This document shows, piece by piece, positions 34,536-45,000 of a DNA stretch of 48,544 nt. Positions within the stretch are counted from its first letter, which is position 1; each line of letters opens with the position of its first letter. Below the pieces are notes generated by a model that made no database searches, was not told the DNA's origin, and saw only the letters and a list, made by a program, of their open reading frames with translations. A program made the translations under genes and the position numbers. Source of the DNA: Tissierellia bacterium (GTDB lineage: Bacteria > Bacillota > Clostridia > Tissierellales > Tepidimicrobiaceae); NCBI GenBank assembly GCA_012799055.1, contig JAAZMA010000262.1:1-48544 (forward strand), in the 5' to 3' direction.

Positions 34536-34778
34536 ATGAGAAATATATGTCCATTGTGTAATGGTTTATATGAAATAAAATATAAATGTAAAATATGTAA
34601 TAGTCCCATGGAAGATAAGGGGGCTAAAGTTAATTATATGGATTCTTATAGTCCATATTTATTAGATGATATTAGTCATTTGGCTGATGGAGTGGCTAGG
34701 GACAAATGTGTACATATCTATTATTGTCCCCAATGCCACAGGAATGCCCAATGTTTCATTGAAAGAAAAGAATTTTAA
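34536..34778 (+). CDS. Small Cys-rich (zinc-ribbon-like) hypothetical protein, 80 aa
   Basis: 'CPLC...CKIC' and 'C..H...CPQCH...C' (9 Cys). SD AGGAG lies 7 nt upstream of the ATG. Confidence 0.55.
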   Translation: MRNICPLCNGLYEIKYKCKICNSPMEDKGAKVNYMDSYSPYLLDDISHLADGVARDKCVHIYYCPQCHRNAQCFIERKEF

Positions 34779-35575
34779 GAAATATGAATTGGGTACTTTT
34801 TTCTTTCTTTAAATATATAAATATATTTAAAGCCAATTTCTTTTAGCAGTTTTTCTGCTAATTTATAATCATATCCTATATGTTCTGGACTGTGGGCATC
34901 AGAACCTATGGTTATTATTTCTCCTCCTAAATTTTTATATAGTTGTAATATATCAATTTTTGGATGATAATAATCTAATCCATATCTTTTTCCTGCTGTA
35001 TTTAATTCTATGCCTTTGCCTTTTTCAATAATTAATTTTAAAATATCCTCTACAATAAAGGAATATTCACTAAAATCTGGAACCATTGAAGAATTTTCAA
35101 AATATCTGTCTATATAATCTATATGGCCTATAATATCAAAATTTTCAAATGACAATAAACACTGATACATATATTTATAATATTCTATTATAGCATCAAT
35201 AGGTGATTTTCCATAGGTAAAATTGTCAAAATAAATATCTGTCCCATCAATTGCATGAATACTCATTATTACAAAATCAAAAGGATTATTATTAATTAAT
35301 TTATTATACCTGTTTGCCAAATACGGCTGCATGCCAATTTCCACTCCAGCAAAAACATCAATATCTTTTAAATGTTTATACTTAACTTTTTTTACTTTTC
35401 GAAAATAGTCTTGAGTTCTAAAGTCTATATCGATTTTATCTTTTCCCACTTCATAATCAATATGATCTGTAAAACAAACGCTTTTCATATTTTTATCTAT
35501 ACTAGCCTTTACCATTTCTTCCATTAGATATTTACAATCCATGGAAAAGTCGCTATGAATATGAAAATCATACAT
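34775..35575 (-). CDS. PHP-family histidinol-phosphatase (HisJ/HisK-like)
   Basis: 'MYDFHIHSDFSMDC' N-terminal PHP metal motif, 'CFTDHIDY', 'SIHAIDG', 'IGHIDYI' and 'TIGSDAHSPEHIG'. Confidence 0.8.
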   Translation of the reverse strand: MYDFHIHSDFSMDCKYLMEEMVKASIDKNMKSVCFTDHIDYEVGKDKIDIDFRTQDYFRKVKKVKYKHLKDIDVFAGVEIGMQPYLANRYNKLINNNPFDFVIMSIHAIDGTDIYFDNFTYGKSPIDAIIEYYKYMYQCLLSFENFDIIGHIDYIDRYFENSSMVPDFSEYSFIVEDILKLIIEKGKGIELNTAGKRYGLDYYHPKIDILQLYKNLGGEIITIGSDAHSPEHIGYDYKLAEKLLKEIGFKYIYIFKERKKYPIHIS

Positions 35576-35638
35576 ATACTACACCCCTAATTTTATTAAT
35601 TGAGACTATTTTACTTCAAAAATAAGAAATAGTAAAGT

Positions 35639-37657
35639 TTAAGCTGTAAAAAATTCTTCTTTATATTGTAGTTTGTATAAATCGTAGTAAAGACCTTCTT
35701 TTTCCAATAGCTCTTGATGATTTCCCATTTCCTTAATTTCACCTTTACTTAGAACTATTATTTTATCTGAATTTTGTATAGTAGATAATCTATGGGCCAC
35801 TGCAATTGTAGTTCTACCTTTTATTAATTTTTCTAGTGCATCTTGTATTAAAAGTTCCGTTTCTGTATCAATATTAGAGGTAGCTTCATCTAATATTAAT
35901 ATACTTGGATTAAAGGCTAATGTTCTAGCAAAGGCCAATAATTGCCTTTCTCCAGAGGATAGGGTGGCGCCTCTTTCCATTACTGGTTCATCATATTGTT
36001 CAGGTAATTTTTCAATAAAGTGATGGGCATTAACATATTTTGCAATTTCTATAATTTCTTCATCTGTTATATTTTGATTGTTTAATCTTATATTATCTTT
36101 AATATTACCAGTAAATATAAACACATCTTGTAATACTACACCAATATGTTTTCTTAGCTCATATTTATTATATTCCTTTATATTTACCCCATCTATTAAT
36201 ATTTCTCCCTTTTGAATATCATAAAATCTAGTAATTAAGTTGATAATAGAGGTTTTTCCAGCACCAGTAGCACCTACAAAGGCAACTATTTCTCCAGGCT
36301 CTATGGTAAAACTAACATCCTTTAAAACCCAATTTTCTTCTTCATATGCAAACCATACATTTTTAAATTCTATTTTTCCCTTTATTTCCCTTATAGGCAC
36401 TGGAGTTTTAGGATTCTTTACTTGATTATCTTCATCTAATATGGCGAAAATTCTTTCACTGGATGCCATTGCCGATTGTAATATATTATATTTTTCTGTT
36501 AAATCTCGTATTGGATTAAAAAACTTTTGTAGATAGTCTATAAAGGCATATAGTACTCCAAATTCAATATATCCAGATACAACTTGCCCACCACCAAAAT
36601 AAATTAGAAAGGCTAGGCCAAGGGATCTAATTATTTCAATAGATGGACTAAATATGGCATAAGTTCTGACTTCTCGTTCTGAGGTATTTAGATAATCTGT
36701 ATTAATTTTATTAAATTCATTAAATATTTTTTCTTCTTTTTTAAATATTTGTATGGTTTTCATTCCTGTAATATTTTCATTTAATGTTGAGTTAATCCTG
36801 GCTAGTTGTGCCCTTCCCAATCTATAAATCACCCTTATTTTTTTTCTAAATATAATAGAAGCTAAAAGTATAAAGGGAATTAAAGAAAAGGACAATAATG
36901 CTAGTTTGTAATTCATTTTTAACATTACAATCATTATTCCAGCCAATATAAACACATCTTTAAATAGAGAAACTAACACACTAGTATACATTTCATTTAA
37001 GGTTTCTGTATCGTTAGTCACTCTAGTCACTAATCTACCTACAGGATTTTTGTCAAAATAGGATATAGATAGATTTTGAATATGGGAAAAAACATCCTGT
37101 CTAATATTAAAAATAATTTTTTGGCTAGTATAATTTAAAATATATACTTGCAAATAATTGAAAATAAAAGCTAGAATTATTGCTAATAAAAAAATTACAC
37201 CTATTTTTGTTAAACCGTCAATATCCTGTTTTCTAAATTTTTGATAATCAGCCTTTGATAAAGTAATGGTTTCAGATTTTCCGTCTTTAGATACATCTAC
37301 TAAATAATATTTTCCCTCTTTTTTTTCTATGGTTTTCAAAGGCAAATTTTCTAATCTATTTTTATCTTCCAATGGTAGATTTTTTAAGCGAATATATTTT
37401 TTATTATTAAATTCTACTCCAGGAATAGATTCAGTAATACTAGTTTCTACCATAGGTTCCTTGTATCCATTAATATAGTCATCTATGGTTACTTTAAATA
37501 AATAAGGCCTTAATAGTTCTAGTCCTGTAACCAACATCATAAGCACTATACTTATAAGTAAATAGTGCCAATAGGGTTTAGCGTATTTAAGCATTCTTCT
37601 CATTAGGTGTGAATCATAAGATTTCCCAGCTATTTCATCATTGTGATAATTACTCAT
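35639..37657 (-). CDS. ABC exporter, fused permease/ATPase, subunit 2 of a heterodimer (consensus Walker B, degenerate signature)
   Basis: Walker A 'GATGAGKTS', Walker B plus catalytic Glu 'ILILDEATS', signature 'LSSGERQ' (not LSGGQ). There is a ~100-aa insert between TM1 and TM2. SD GGAGGAGGG. Confidence 0.9.
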   Translation of the reverse strand: MSNYHNDEIAGKSYDSHLMRRMLKYAKPYWHYLLISIVLMMLVTGLELLRPYLFKVTIDDYINGYKEPMVETSITESIPGVEFNNKKYIRLKNLPLEDKNRLENLPLKTIEKKEGKYYLVDVSKDGKSETITLSKADYQKFRKQDIDGLTKIGVIFLLAIILAFIFNYLQVYILNYTSQKIIFNIRQDVFSHIQNLSISYFDKNPVGRLVTRVTNDTETLNEMYTSVLVSLFKDVFILAGIMIVMLKMNYKLALLSFSLIPFILLASIIFRKKIRVIYRLGRAQLARINSTLNENITGMKTIQIFKKEEKIFNEFNKINTDYLNTSEREVRTYAIFSPSIEIIRSLGLAFLIYFGGGQVVSGYIEFGVLYAFIDYLQKFFNPIRDLTEKYNILQSAMASSERIFAILDEDNQVKNPKTPVPIREIKGKIEFKNVWFAYEEENWVLKDVSFTIEPGEIVAFVGATGAGKTSIINLITRFYDIQKGEILIDGVNIKEYNKYELRKHIGVVLQDVFIFTGNIKDNIRLNNQNITDEEIIEIAKYVNAHHFIEKLPEQYDEPVMERGATLSSGERQLLAFARTLAFNPSILILDEATSNIDTETELLIQDALEKLIKGRTTIAVAHRLSTIQNSDKIIVLSKGEIKEMGNHQELLEKEGLYYDLYKLQYKEEFFTA

Positions 37658-37675
37658 AGTATCCCTCCTCCAAAT

Positions 37676-39421
37676 CTAATATATTTTTTCTTCTAGGAGT
37701 TGCTTTTCATATAGATAATTATATAAACCATTATTTTCAACTAAAATATCATGAGTACCTCTTTCAATTATTTGGCCATCATCTAATACAATAATTTCAT
37801 CTGCATTTTGTATAGTTGAAATTCTATGACTAATAATAATGGTAGTTTTCCTATTTGTAAGTTTTTCTAAATTATTAAGGATTTTTTCTTCTGTTTCTGT
37901 ATCTACACTAGACAAACTATCGTCTAAAATTAAAATAGGGGAATCTTTTATTAAAGCTCTAGCTATGGAGACTCTTTGTTTTTGTCCACCAGATAGGGTA
38001 ACCCCTCTTTCACCTAAAACTGTATCAAAACTATTTGGAAAATCTACTATATTATTATAAACTTCAGCTGCTTTTGCAGCCTCAATTATCATTTCATCTG
38101 AAACTTCTTCATCAAAGGCAAAGCCAATATTGTCTTTAATGGTGGTGGAAAATAAAAAATTATCTTGAGGTACATAAGCTATATTTTCTCTTAAATCTTG
38201 CATTTTAATATCTTTTATATTTATATCGTCTAAAAGTATTTCTCCATGGTCTATATCGTATAGTCTTAATAATAAATTGACTATTGTTGTTTTACCACTA
38301 CCAGTTCTACCTACTATAGCTAAGGTTTTTCCTTCTTCAATAGTAAAATTAATGTTTTTTAATACTGGTTCCTTTGCTCCTGGATATTTAAAATCTACAT
38401 TTTTAAATTCTATTTTACCCCTTGCTTTATCTAAAGGGATGGGATTTTCACTATCAATTATTTCAGATTCTTCATCTAATATGGTATTAATCCTTTCCAT
38501 TGAGGCTACTCCTCTTTGCAATATATTAACAACCCAGCCTACTGCCATCATAGGCCAAATTAATAGTCCTAGATAATTGTTAAAGGCAATAAAATCTCCA
38601 AGTGTAATGGTATCTAACATTACTAATCTACCACCATAAATTATAACTATTAAAAAACTTATAGAAGAAACAAATTGAACCAATGGATGAAATATTCCTG
38701 AAACTTTCACTAAGGCTAAATTTTTACTTAAATTATCTTCATTAACTTGGGTAAATTCTTCTAAAGCTAAATCTTCTTGCACAAAGGATTTAATTACCCT
38801 TATTCCTGCAAAATTTTCCTGGGTAGTGTCAGTTAAATTAGCAAAGGCTTCTTGTACTGATGTAAATCTTCTATATATTACTTTACCAAATTTATTTACA
38901 GTTAAAGTAATAAATGGCAATGTGGCTAAAGCTATTAGGGTTAATTTAATATTGGTGGTTTTAGCCATCATAATCATAGATAATATGGTTAAAAAAGTGG
39001 CATCTACAGCCATCATAATACCTTGTCCCGATGCCTGCCTTACTGCATTAATATCATTGGTAGCATGGGCCATTAAATCTCCAGTTTTATGAGTAGTAAA
39101 ATAATTGGGAGATAGGGTTAATAAATGTTCAAAGAACATATTTCTTAAATAATGTTCCATTTTCCTAGAAGTACCAAAGATATTAATTCTCCAAAGATAT
39201 CTTCCAGCTGCAATTAAAAAGCCAGTTAGCAAAATCAATAGAGAATATTTTAGTAGTTCTGTAGGAACTATTAATCCTTCTTCCAATAGATTTGTAACTT
39301 TTCGGATTATTTGAGGTATTAGTAATTGAATTGAATCAATTATTAGTAAACAAATGATTCCTAGAATATAATTCCATTTGTTTTGTTTGAAAAAATCTTT
39401 TAATGTTATGAAATTTTGCAT
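37676..39421 (-). CDS. ABC exporter, fused permease/ATPase, subunit 1 of a heterodimer (degenerate catalytic site, consensus signature)
   Basis: Walker A 'GRTGSGKTT', signature 'LSGGQKQR', Walker B 'ILILDDSLS' (catalytic Glu replaced by Asp). The ATG at 39421 lies 5 nt after AGGAGG. The listed GTG at 39451 has no SD. Confidence 0.9.
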   Translation of the reverse strand: MQNFITLKDFFKQNKWNYILGIICLLIIDSIQLLIPQIIRKVTNLLEEGLIVPTELLKYSLLILLTGFLIAAGRYLWRINIFGTSRKMEHYLRNMFFEHLLTLSPNYFTTHKTGDLMAHATNDINAVRQASGQGIMMAVDATFLTILSMIMMAKTTNIKLTLIALATLPFITLTVNKFGKVIYRRFTSVQEAFANLTDTTQENFAGIRVIKSFVQEDLALEEFTQVNEDNLSKNLALVKVSGIFHPLVQFVSSISFLIVIIYGGRLVMLDTITLGDFIAFNNYLGLLIWPMMAVGWVVNILQRGVASMERINTILDEESEIIDSENPIPLDKARGKIEFKNVDFKYPGAKEPVLKNINFTIEEGKTLAIVGRTGSGKTTIVNLLLRLYDIDHGEILLDDINIKDIKMQDLRENIAYVPQDNFLFSTTIKDNIGFAFDEEVSDEMIIEAAKAAEVYNNIVDFPNSFDTVLGERGVTLSGGQKQRVSIARALIKDSPILILDDSLSSVDTETEEKILNNLEKLTNRKTTIIISHRISTIQNADEIIVLDDGQIIERGTHDILVENNGLYNYLYEKQLLEEKIY

Positions 39422-39672
39422 TTTTACCTCCTGTTGTAAGTATTTCGACACTCAAAATAATATCTATAATCTATATTATAATAGAAATAAAAATTATTTA
39501 AAGGTTAAACTAATTAAAATTTGAAAATATTTATTATTTTTAAACTTTAATAAGATTGTATTTTCAAGAATTTAACTATAATTTATTTTATTTTTTAAAA
39601 AAGATTATATATGATTAATTACTTAATTTGAGGGTATATAATACCCATATTAATAAATAAGGGGGAGTCAAT

Positions 39673-40059
39673 ATGAGGTTAAATGATTTATTTGAAAATA
39701 AGAGAAGAGAAAGAGAGAGGCAAGAGAAAAAAGAAACGGCTAAAAAGGTTGCTATAGGTACTGCCATTGGTACAGTTATAGGAGCTGTGGCAGGAATACT
39801 AACTGCTCCAAAATCTGGGAAGGAAACCAGGGAAGATATTGTGGCTAAAACTAAAGAAACTACAGACAATGTGAAAAAAACAATTGGGGAATCAGTGGAT
39901 GCTATAAAAGAAGGAGAGAAACAAGTAAGAAGAGGGATTAAAGAAAGGATTGAAGAGTTTAGGGATAGGGATTTAATTGAAGTAGAAATAGAAAACTTGG
40001 AAGAAAATGTGGAAGACCTAGAAGATATGGCTAATACTGAAGAAAACGAAACAATGTAG
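39673..40059 (+). CDS. YtxH domain-containing (general stress-type) protein
   Basis: 'VAIGTAIGTVIGAVAGILTAPKSGKETREDI' is a YtxH signature. The C-terminus is charged coiled-coil. SD AGGGGGAG. Confidence 0.75.
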   Translation: MRLNDLFENKRRERERQEKKETAKKVAIGTAIGTVIGAVAGILTAPKSGKETREDIVAKTKETTDNVKKTIGESVDAIKEGEKQVRRGIKERIEEFRDRDLIEVEIENLEENVEDLEDMANTEENETM

Positions 40060-40071
40060 CAGGTGATAATT

Positions 40072-40524
40072 ATGGATGCTACTATTACAGTTAAAGAATT
40101 ATTAAATTTTATTTTGTATATTTTAGGCATAGGTGTATTAGCTTATTTAATAGCAATTATTAGAAATGCAAACAAAATTATTTTTAAAGCAAGAAAGATA
40201 ATTGAAGATAATGAGGAAGAAATAGATACTACCTTAAAACAATTACCTGATATAACAACCAATGTAAATGATATATCGGAGGATTTAAGGGAATTAATTG
40301 AGGAAGTATCCCCAGAGATAACAGGACTTACCACAAATGTGAATTCTATTACTGAAAGATTAGATACAAGTAGTGAAATAGTTTTAGATGCAGTAGATAC
40401 TGTTTCAGAATCTGTAGCTGAGACTGCACTTCATCTTGGGTATAATGTGCGAAATGCAGCAGATTACATAGAACTAATAATGGATATAATAGAAATAATT
40501 AAAAATGCTTTTAAGGGCAAATAA
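40072..40524 (+). CDS. DUF948-like membrane-anchored protein (typical partner of YtxH)
   Basis: One N-terminal TM helix, then helical repeats 'TLKQLPDITTNVNDISEDL...ITGLTTNVNSITERL'. The ATG at 40072 lies 5 nt after AGGTGA. Confidence 0.6.
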   Translation: MDATITVKELLNFILYILGIGVLAYLIAIIRNANKIIFKARKIIEDNEEEIDTTLKQLPDITTNVNDISEDLRELIEEVSPEITGLTTNVNSITERLDTSSEIVLDAVDTVSESVAETALHLGYNVRNAADYIELIMDIIEIIKNAFKGK

Positions 40525-40534
40525 TGAATATTAA

Positions 40535-40560
40535 AAGGACCCAAAAATGGGTTCTTTTAA
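40535..40560 (+). terminator. Rho-independent terminator after the ytxH/DUF948 pair
   Basis: AAGGACCC-AAAAAT-GGGTTCTT, followed by TTAATATT. Confidence 0.7.
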
Positions 40561-40688
40561 TATTGCTAAAGAATGAAAGACTGGTATACTATATATATAT
40601 ATCATTATATCTTTACTTTTTTACTTTGAATAATTGATTTTAAATTGACAATAATCTAAGTATTAAATACTTATGAAAGGTGAGTTAT

Positions 40689-41576
40689 GTGAAAAGGGCT
40701 AAGATAATATGCAATCCATCATCAGGAAGGCAAATAATTCAAAAACGAGTAGATTATCTAACTAATTTATTATTAGATGAAGGGTATATTGTTAGTAAAT
40801 TTAATACTCAAAAAAAAGATGATGCAATGAAGGAAACAATGAAAGCTTGTAGTGAGGACTGGGATTTTATAATTGCTTGTGGTGGAGATGGAACTGTTAA
40901 CGAAGTAGCCAAGGGTATTGTAAAATCAGAAAGGAAGATACCTGTGGCAATATTATCTGCTGGTACAGTTAATGATTTTGCCAATCATATGGGATTGCCG
41001 AGAAATATGGATGATTTTTTTCAAATGATAGAAAATGAAAATATAAAAGAAGTAGATTTAGGAAAAGTTAATGAAGAATATTTTGTTAATGTAGCAGCCA
41101 GTGGACTATTAACCAATGTGGGATATCAGGTACAACCTGAGGCAAAGGCGGTTTTTGGTAGAATGGCTTATTATATTGAAGGAGTAAGGGAGATTCCAAG
41201 ACAAAAATTTGAACCTGTAAAAGTGGAGTTTATATCAGAGGAATATTCTAGAGAAGAAGATATATTATTGTTTTTAATATCTAATTCAGCTTCCATTGGT
41301 GGTTTTAAAATGCTAGCTCCAGATGCTAATGTATCTGATGGATATTTAGATGTGGTTATTATAAAGAAGTCAGAAGTGGGAGATTTAGCCCAAATATTTG
41401 TGAATATTTTCAGAGGGGAACATATACATCACCCAAATGTAGAGTATTTTAAAACTAAGAAATTAATTGTAAATACATCTGAGGATATTACTATAGATAT
41501 AGATGGAGAATATGGAGGAAAATTGCCAGCTACTTTTGAGGTAGTATCTAATGGATTTAAAATTTTCGTTCCTTAA
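40689..41576 (+). CDS. YegS/BmrU/DagK-family lipid (diacylglycerol) kinase
   Basis: 'AKIICNPSSG', 'IIACGGDGTVNEV', 'AILSAGTVNDFA' and 'IDIDGE'. The start is either the GTG at 40689 or the GTG at 40680; the latter lies inside the only SD-like element, AAAGGTGAG. Confidence 0.85.
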   Translation: MKRAKIICNPSSGRQIIQKRVDYLTNLLLDEGYIVSKFNTQKKDDAMKETMKACSEDWDFIIACGGDGTVNEVAKGIVKSERKIPVAILSAGTVNDFANHMGLPRNMDDFFQMIENENIKEVDLGKVNEEYFVNVAASGLLTNVGYQVQPEAKAVFGRMAYYIEGVREIPRQKFEPVKVEFISEEYSREEDILLFLISNSASIGGFKMLAPDANVSDGYLDVVIIKKSEVGDLAQIFVNIFRGEHIHHPNVEYFKTKKLIVNTSEDITIDIDGEYGGKLPATFEVVSNGFKIFVP

Positions 41577-41605
41577 AATCACAAAATTTATTGGAGGAGA
41601 TTCTA

Positions 41606-42061
41606 TTGAATAATTCTAAGGAAAAGCCTGTTTGTGAAAGTGTAATTAGTATTGAAAAACACTTAAGGCGAATTGATTATATGATAAGAATAGAGGGGAG
41701 GGAAATACTTAAAGATTTTAACATTACTGTACCTCAATTTACTGCATTGCAATTTTTAATTTACAACAAAGGATTGACCATAGGTGAATTAAGTCAAAAA
41801 ATGGGCTTAGCTTGTTCCACTATTACAGATTTAGTTGATAGAATGGAAAAAAACAATTTAGTAGTTAGGAAAAAGGATGAAAAAGACAAAAGGGTAGTTA
41901 GAGTTGAGGTATTACCTATTGGATATGAAATAGTGGAAAAAGTATTAGAAAAAAGAGTAAGATTTCTAGAATTAAAAATGGAAGGATTAGAATTAGAAAA
42001 GAGAGTTGCATTAAGTGAAGGTTTAGAATCCTTATATAAAATAATGAAAGAGAATGAATGA
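41606..42061 (+). CDS. MarR-family transcriptional regulator
   Basis: Winged-helix core 'ITVPQFTALQFLIYNKGLTIGELSQKMGLACSTITDLVDRMEKNNLVVRKKDEKDKRVV'. The TTG at 41606 lies 6 nt after GGAGGAG. Confidence 0.8.
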   Translation: MNNSKEKPVCESVISIEKHLRRIDYMIRIEGREILKDFNITVPQFTALQFLIYNKGLTIGELSQKMGLACSTITDLVDRMEKNNLVVRKKDEKDKRVVRVEVLPIGYEIVEKVLEKRVRFLELKMEGLELEKRVALSEGLESLYKIMKENE

Positions 42062-42092
42062 GAAGATTTTTTAGGGGAAAAGGGGAATAGTC

Positions 42093-45000
42093 ATGAAATT
42101 AATTAATAATAGGTATAAATTAGATAGGGTAGTATATGATTCTTTATATAGTAGTTTATATCAGGGGTTTGATCTTTGGGAAAATGATAAAAAAATATAT
42201 TTAAAATTGTACAATAGTGAAAAACGTGGAAATGTTATAGACTATTTTATAAATAATTTTATCATCCTATCTAAAATAAATCATGAAAATCTTCTTTTAA
42301 ATTATCAATTTGACATAATAAGTACCATAGATAGTAAAAAGGTTAATATTAAACAATATTTTTCTACCATAGAGTATATAGATGCACCTACATTAGATGA
42401 GGTATATTTAAATTTTAATTTTCATCAAAGATTGAATATTTTAATTCAAGTAGCCAATGTTTTAGATTTTTTACACTATAAGGGGATTATATACAGATAT
42501 TTAAGTCCTACAAATATTTTTGTACTAGAAGATGGTAGTATAAAACTTATGGATTTAGCTACAATCCATGATAATATTATTAACACTGAGTATGATGATT
42601 TAACTAGAAGTTTTATAGCTCCAGAAGTGCTATTAGAACAGAAGGATATTATTAATGAAAATGCAGATAAATATTCCTTTGGAATGTTAATATTATATTT
42701 ATTAACTGAGAACTTTCATAATCCATTTGGAAATAAATTTGATTATATTGGAGAATTTCAATTAAATTCTTTACAAGAAGATTTTTTAAATCACATAATA
42801 AATTCTTTTATTATGAAAAACCCAAATCTAAGGGATTATAAATTTCGTGATTTAATAGATGCTTTAAATAGAAAATTTAATATGAATTTTCAATATGACT
42901 TAGTTAAGGAACGGGGAGTATTGGATTTTCATACTAAAATAGTTGGCAGAGAAAAACAAATAAATAGAATACTACATTTTGATCAATTAATTACTAGTGG
43001 AGATATTGATAATAAGATAGTACTTATAAAAGGTAATACAGGGACAGGGAAAACTAGATTGTTAAAGGAAATTTCTCATCTTTTAAGATTAAAAGGAAGA
43101 GATGTTTATAGTACAGAAATAAGCCTAGAAGATAGTAGCGAGTTAAAACCAATGACAAATATATTAAGACAAACTATTAAAGATACCCCCAAAATAATCC
43201 TTGATAAATATGCACAGGAATTATATAGAATAGTGCCAGAATTAAAGCCTGCATTAGATATGAATAATTCTATTGTTTTAAACGGAGATAAGGAAAGACT
43301 AAGATTATTTGATAGAACAGCTAATTATTTAGGGGAATTATCTCAAAGTCAACCTATTTATCTAATTATAGATAATTTGGAAAAATGTAGTCTACAGTTA
43401 CTATATATGATAGATTATATAATTAATAATATGAGAAACGGAAAAATAATAATAGTAGCCTCATATAATGAAAAAGTAATTCTGGAAAATTCTGAAAAGA
43501 AGGATATTATATTAAAATGGACTAAAAACGAAATAGTAGAGGAAATGCAGGTAACTAATTTTGATTTAGCTGAAATAGGGGAGTATATTCAGTATATATT
43601 GGGAATATCTTACAAACCTTTAAAATTTTCAGCTGTTATATTAAAAGAAAGCCAAGGTAATCCTAAATATATTGAGTATTTAATAAAAGATTTATATGCA
43701 AATGGAGAGCTTTTTTTTAGTACTGGAGGTTATTGGGAAGTAAAGGCCAAAAAGTATTCTGATATATATTTTTCGGCAAACCTTGGAGAAACATTAGAAT
43801 CTCAACTTAATTTAATTAAAGATGAGCATATGGATATAATGAAGGTGGTTTCAGTATATTATGATGCAGTTTCTAAAAACACTTTACAATCTATTTTAGA
43901 TATAGATTCAGATATTTTAAATAAAAATTTAAATGAATTAATTGCTATGAGATTATTAGATGTAAGAGTTTCAGATTGGGGATATAGCTATAGCATAAAT
44001 GATATTCGACTAAAAAGAAATATATACTATAAAATTGCCGAAGAAGAGAGAATAAAGATTCATGAAAAAATCGCAAAACATCTGGAAAAAAATTATCCTC
44101 CAAATTATAAAGCTGTAATGGGGGAGTTTATTCATCATCTTATGTGCTCTAATCAAAAGATAAGAGCTTTAGAGTTTATTATAAATGAGGCAAAAGAAGA
44201 GGAACTATATAGTTCTCAATCTGTATTATTATGGGAAGAAGCCTATGAAATCGACAAAGAGTTGAAGTCGGAATACAGAATGGAAATATTAAAAAATTTA
44301 GGAAATATTTATGCTACTAAAGGAGAAAATGACAAGGCTTTAGATATTTATAATGAATTATTTCAGGAGGCTATAAAATCCAATGAAATAGAATATGCAA
44401 TTATATCTAATAATGGTATGGCTGATATCTATATTAAGAGAAATTTCTTGGAATTAGCCATAGAAAAAATAGAAGAATCTACAAAATTATCTAAGAAAAT
44501 AAATAATTTAGATTTACTTGTTGAGTCTAAAATATTACAAAACAGGATACTTCTAGAAAATGGTCAGTTTGAAGAAACTAATAGGAATATGAATCAACTA
44601 TTAGAATTTTCGTTGGAAAATAAATTAGATAAAAACCTAGGAAATATATATAATATACTAGGATTAATAGAATTTTATAATGGGAATATGGACAAGGCTT
44701 TAAATAGATATGAAGAAAGTATAGAGGCTTTTCAGAAGGTAGGAGATTTGTTAAATTCTACGAAACCTATAAATAATATAGCAAATATTTATACCCAATA
44801 TGGAAAAAATGAAAAGGCTATGGAGTATTATGAGAAAGGATTAAGTGTTGTAAAAAATCGTGAGATTTTACATTTTAAATTAATATTTTTAAACAACATA
44901 GGCTCCACCTATATGGCAATGTATGAGTATGATAAAGCAATAAAATATATGGAAGCAGCTCGAGTTATAGCCATAGAAATAGAAGATGCCAACTTAGAAT

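Noticed and set aside
39615-40130. 171-aa minus-strand ORF, Ser/Ile/Leu-rich and of low complexity
   Set aside because: It lies entirely antisense to the YtxH and DUF948 genes, which have good SD sites and recognisable domains. Its composition is what the complement of Glu/Lys-rich codons produces, so I treat it as a shadow ORF.
8777-41605. ORF-track start codons at 8777, 12119, 22265, 30288, 30375, 39451, 40063, 40680 and 41591
   Set aside because: In each case the listed upstream GTG, TTG or ATG lies inside or upstream of the only SD-like element. An in-frame start 5-8 nt downstream of that SD gives a protein matching the usual family N-terminus. I used the downstream starts.
42093-42887. 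Annotating the N-terminus of the 1794-aa protein as an active Hanks Ser/Thr kinase
   Set aside because: The Gly-rich loop is absent, HRD is YRY and DFG is DLA. I therefore call it a pseudokinase fold. Activity cannot be excluded without experiment, but it should not be assumed.
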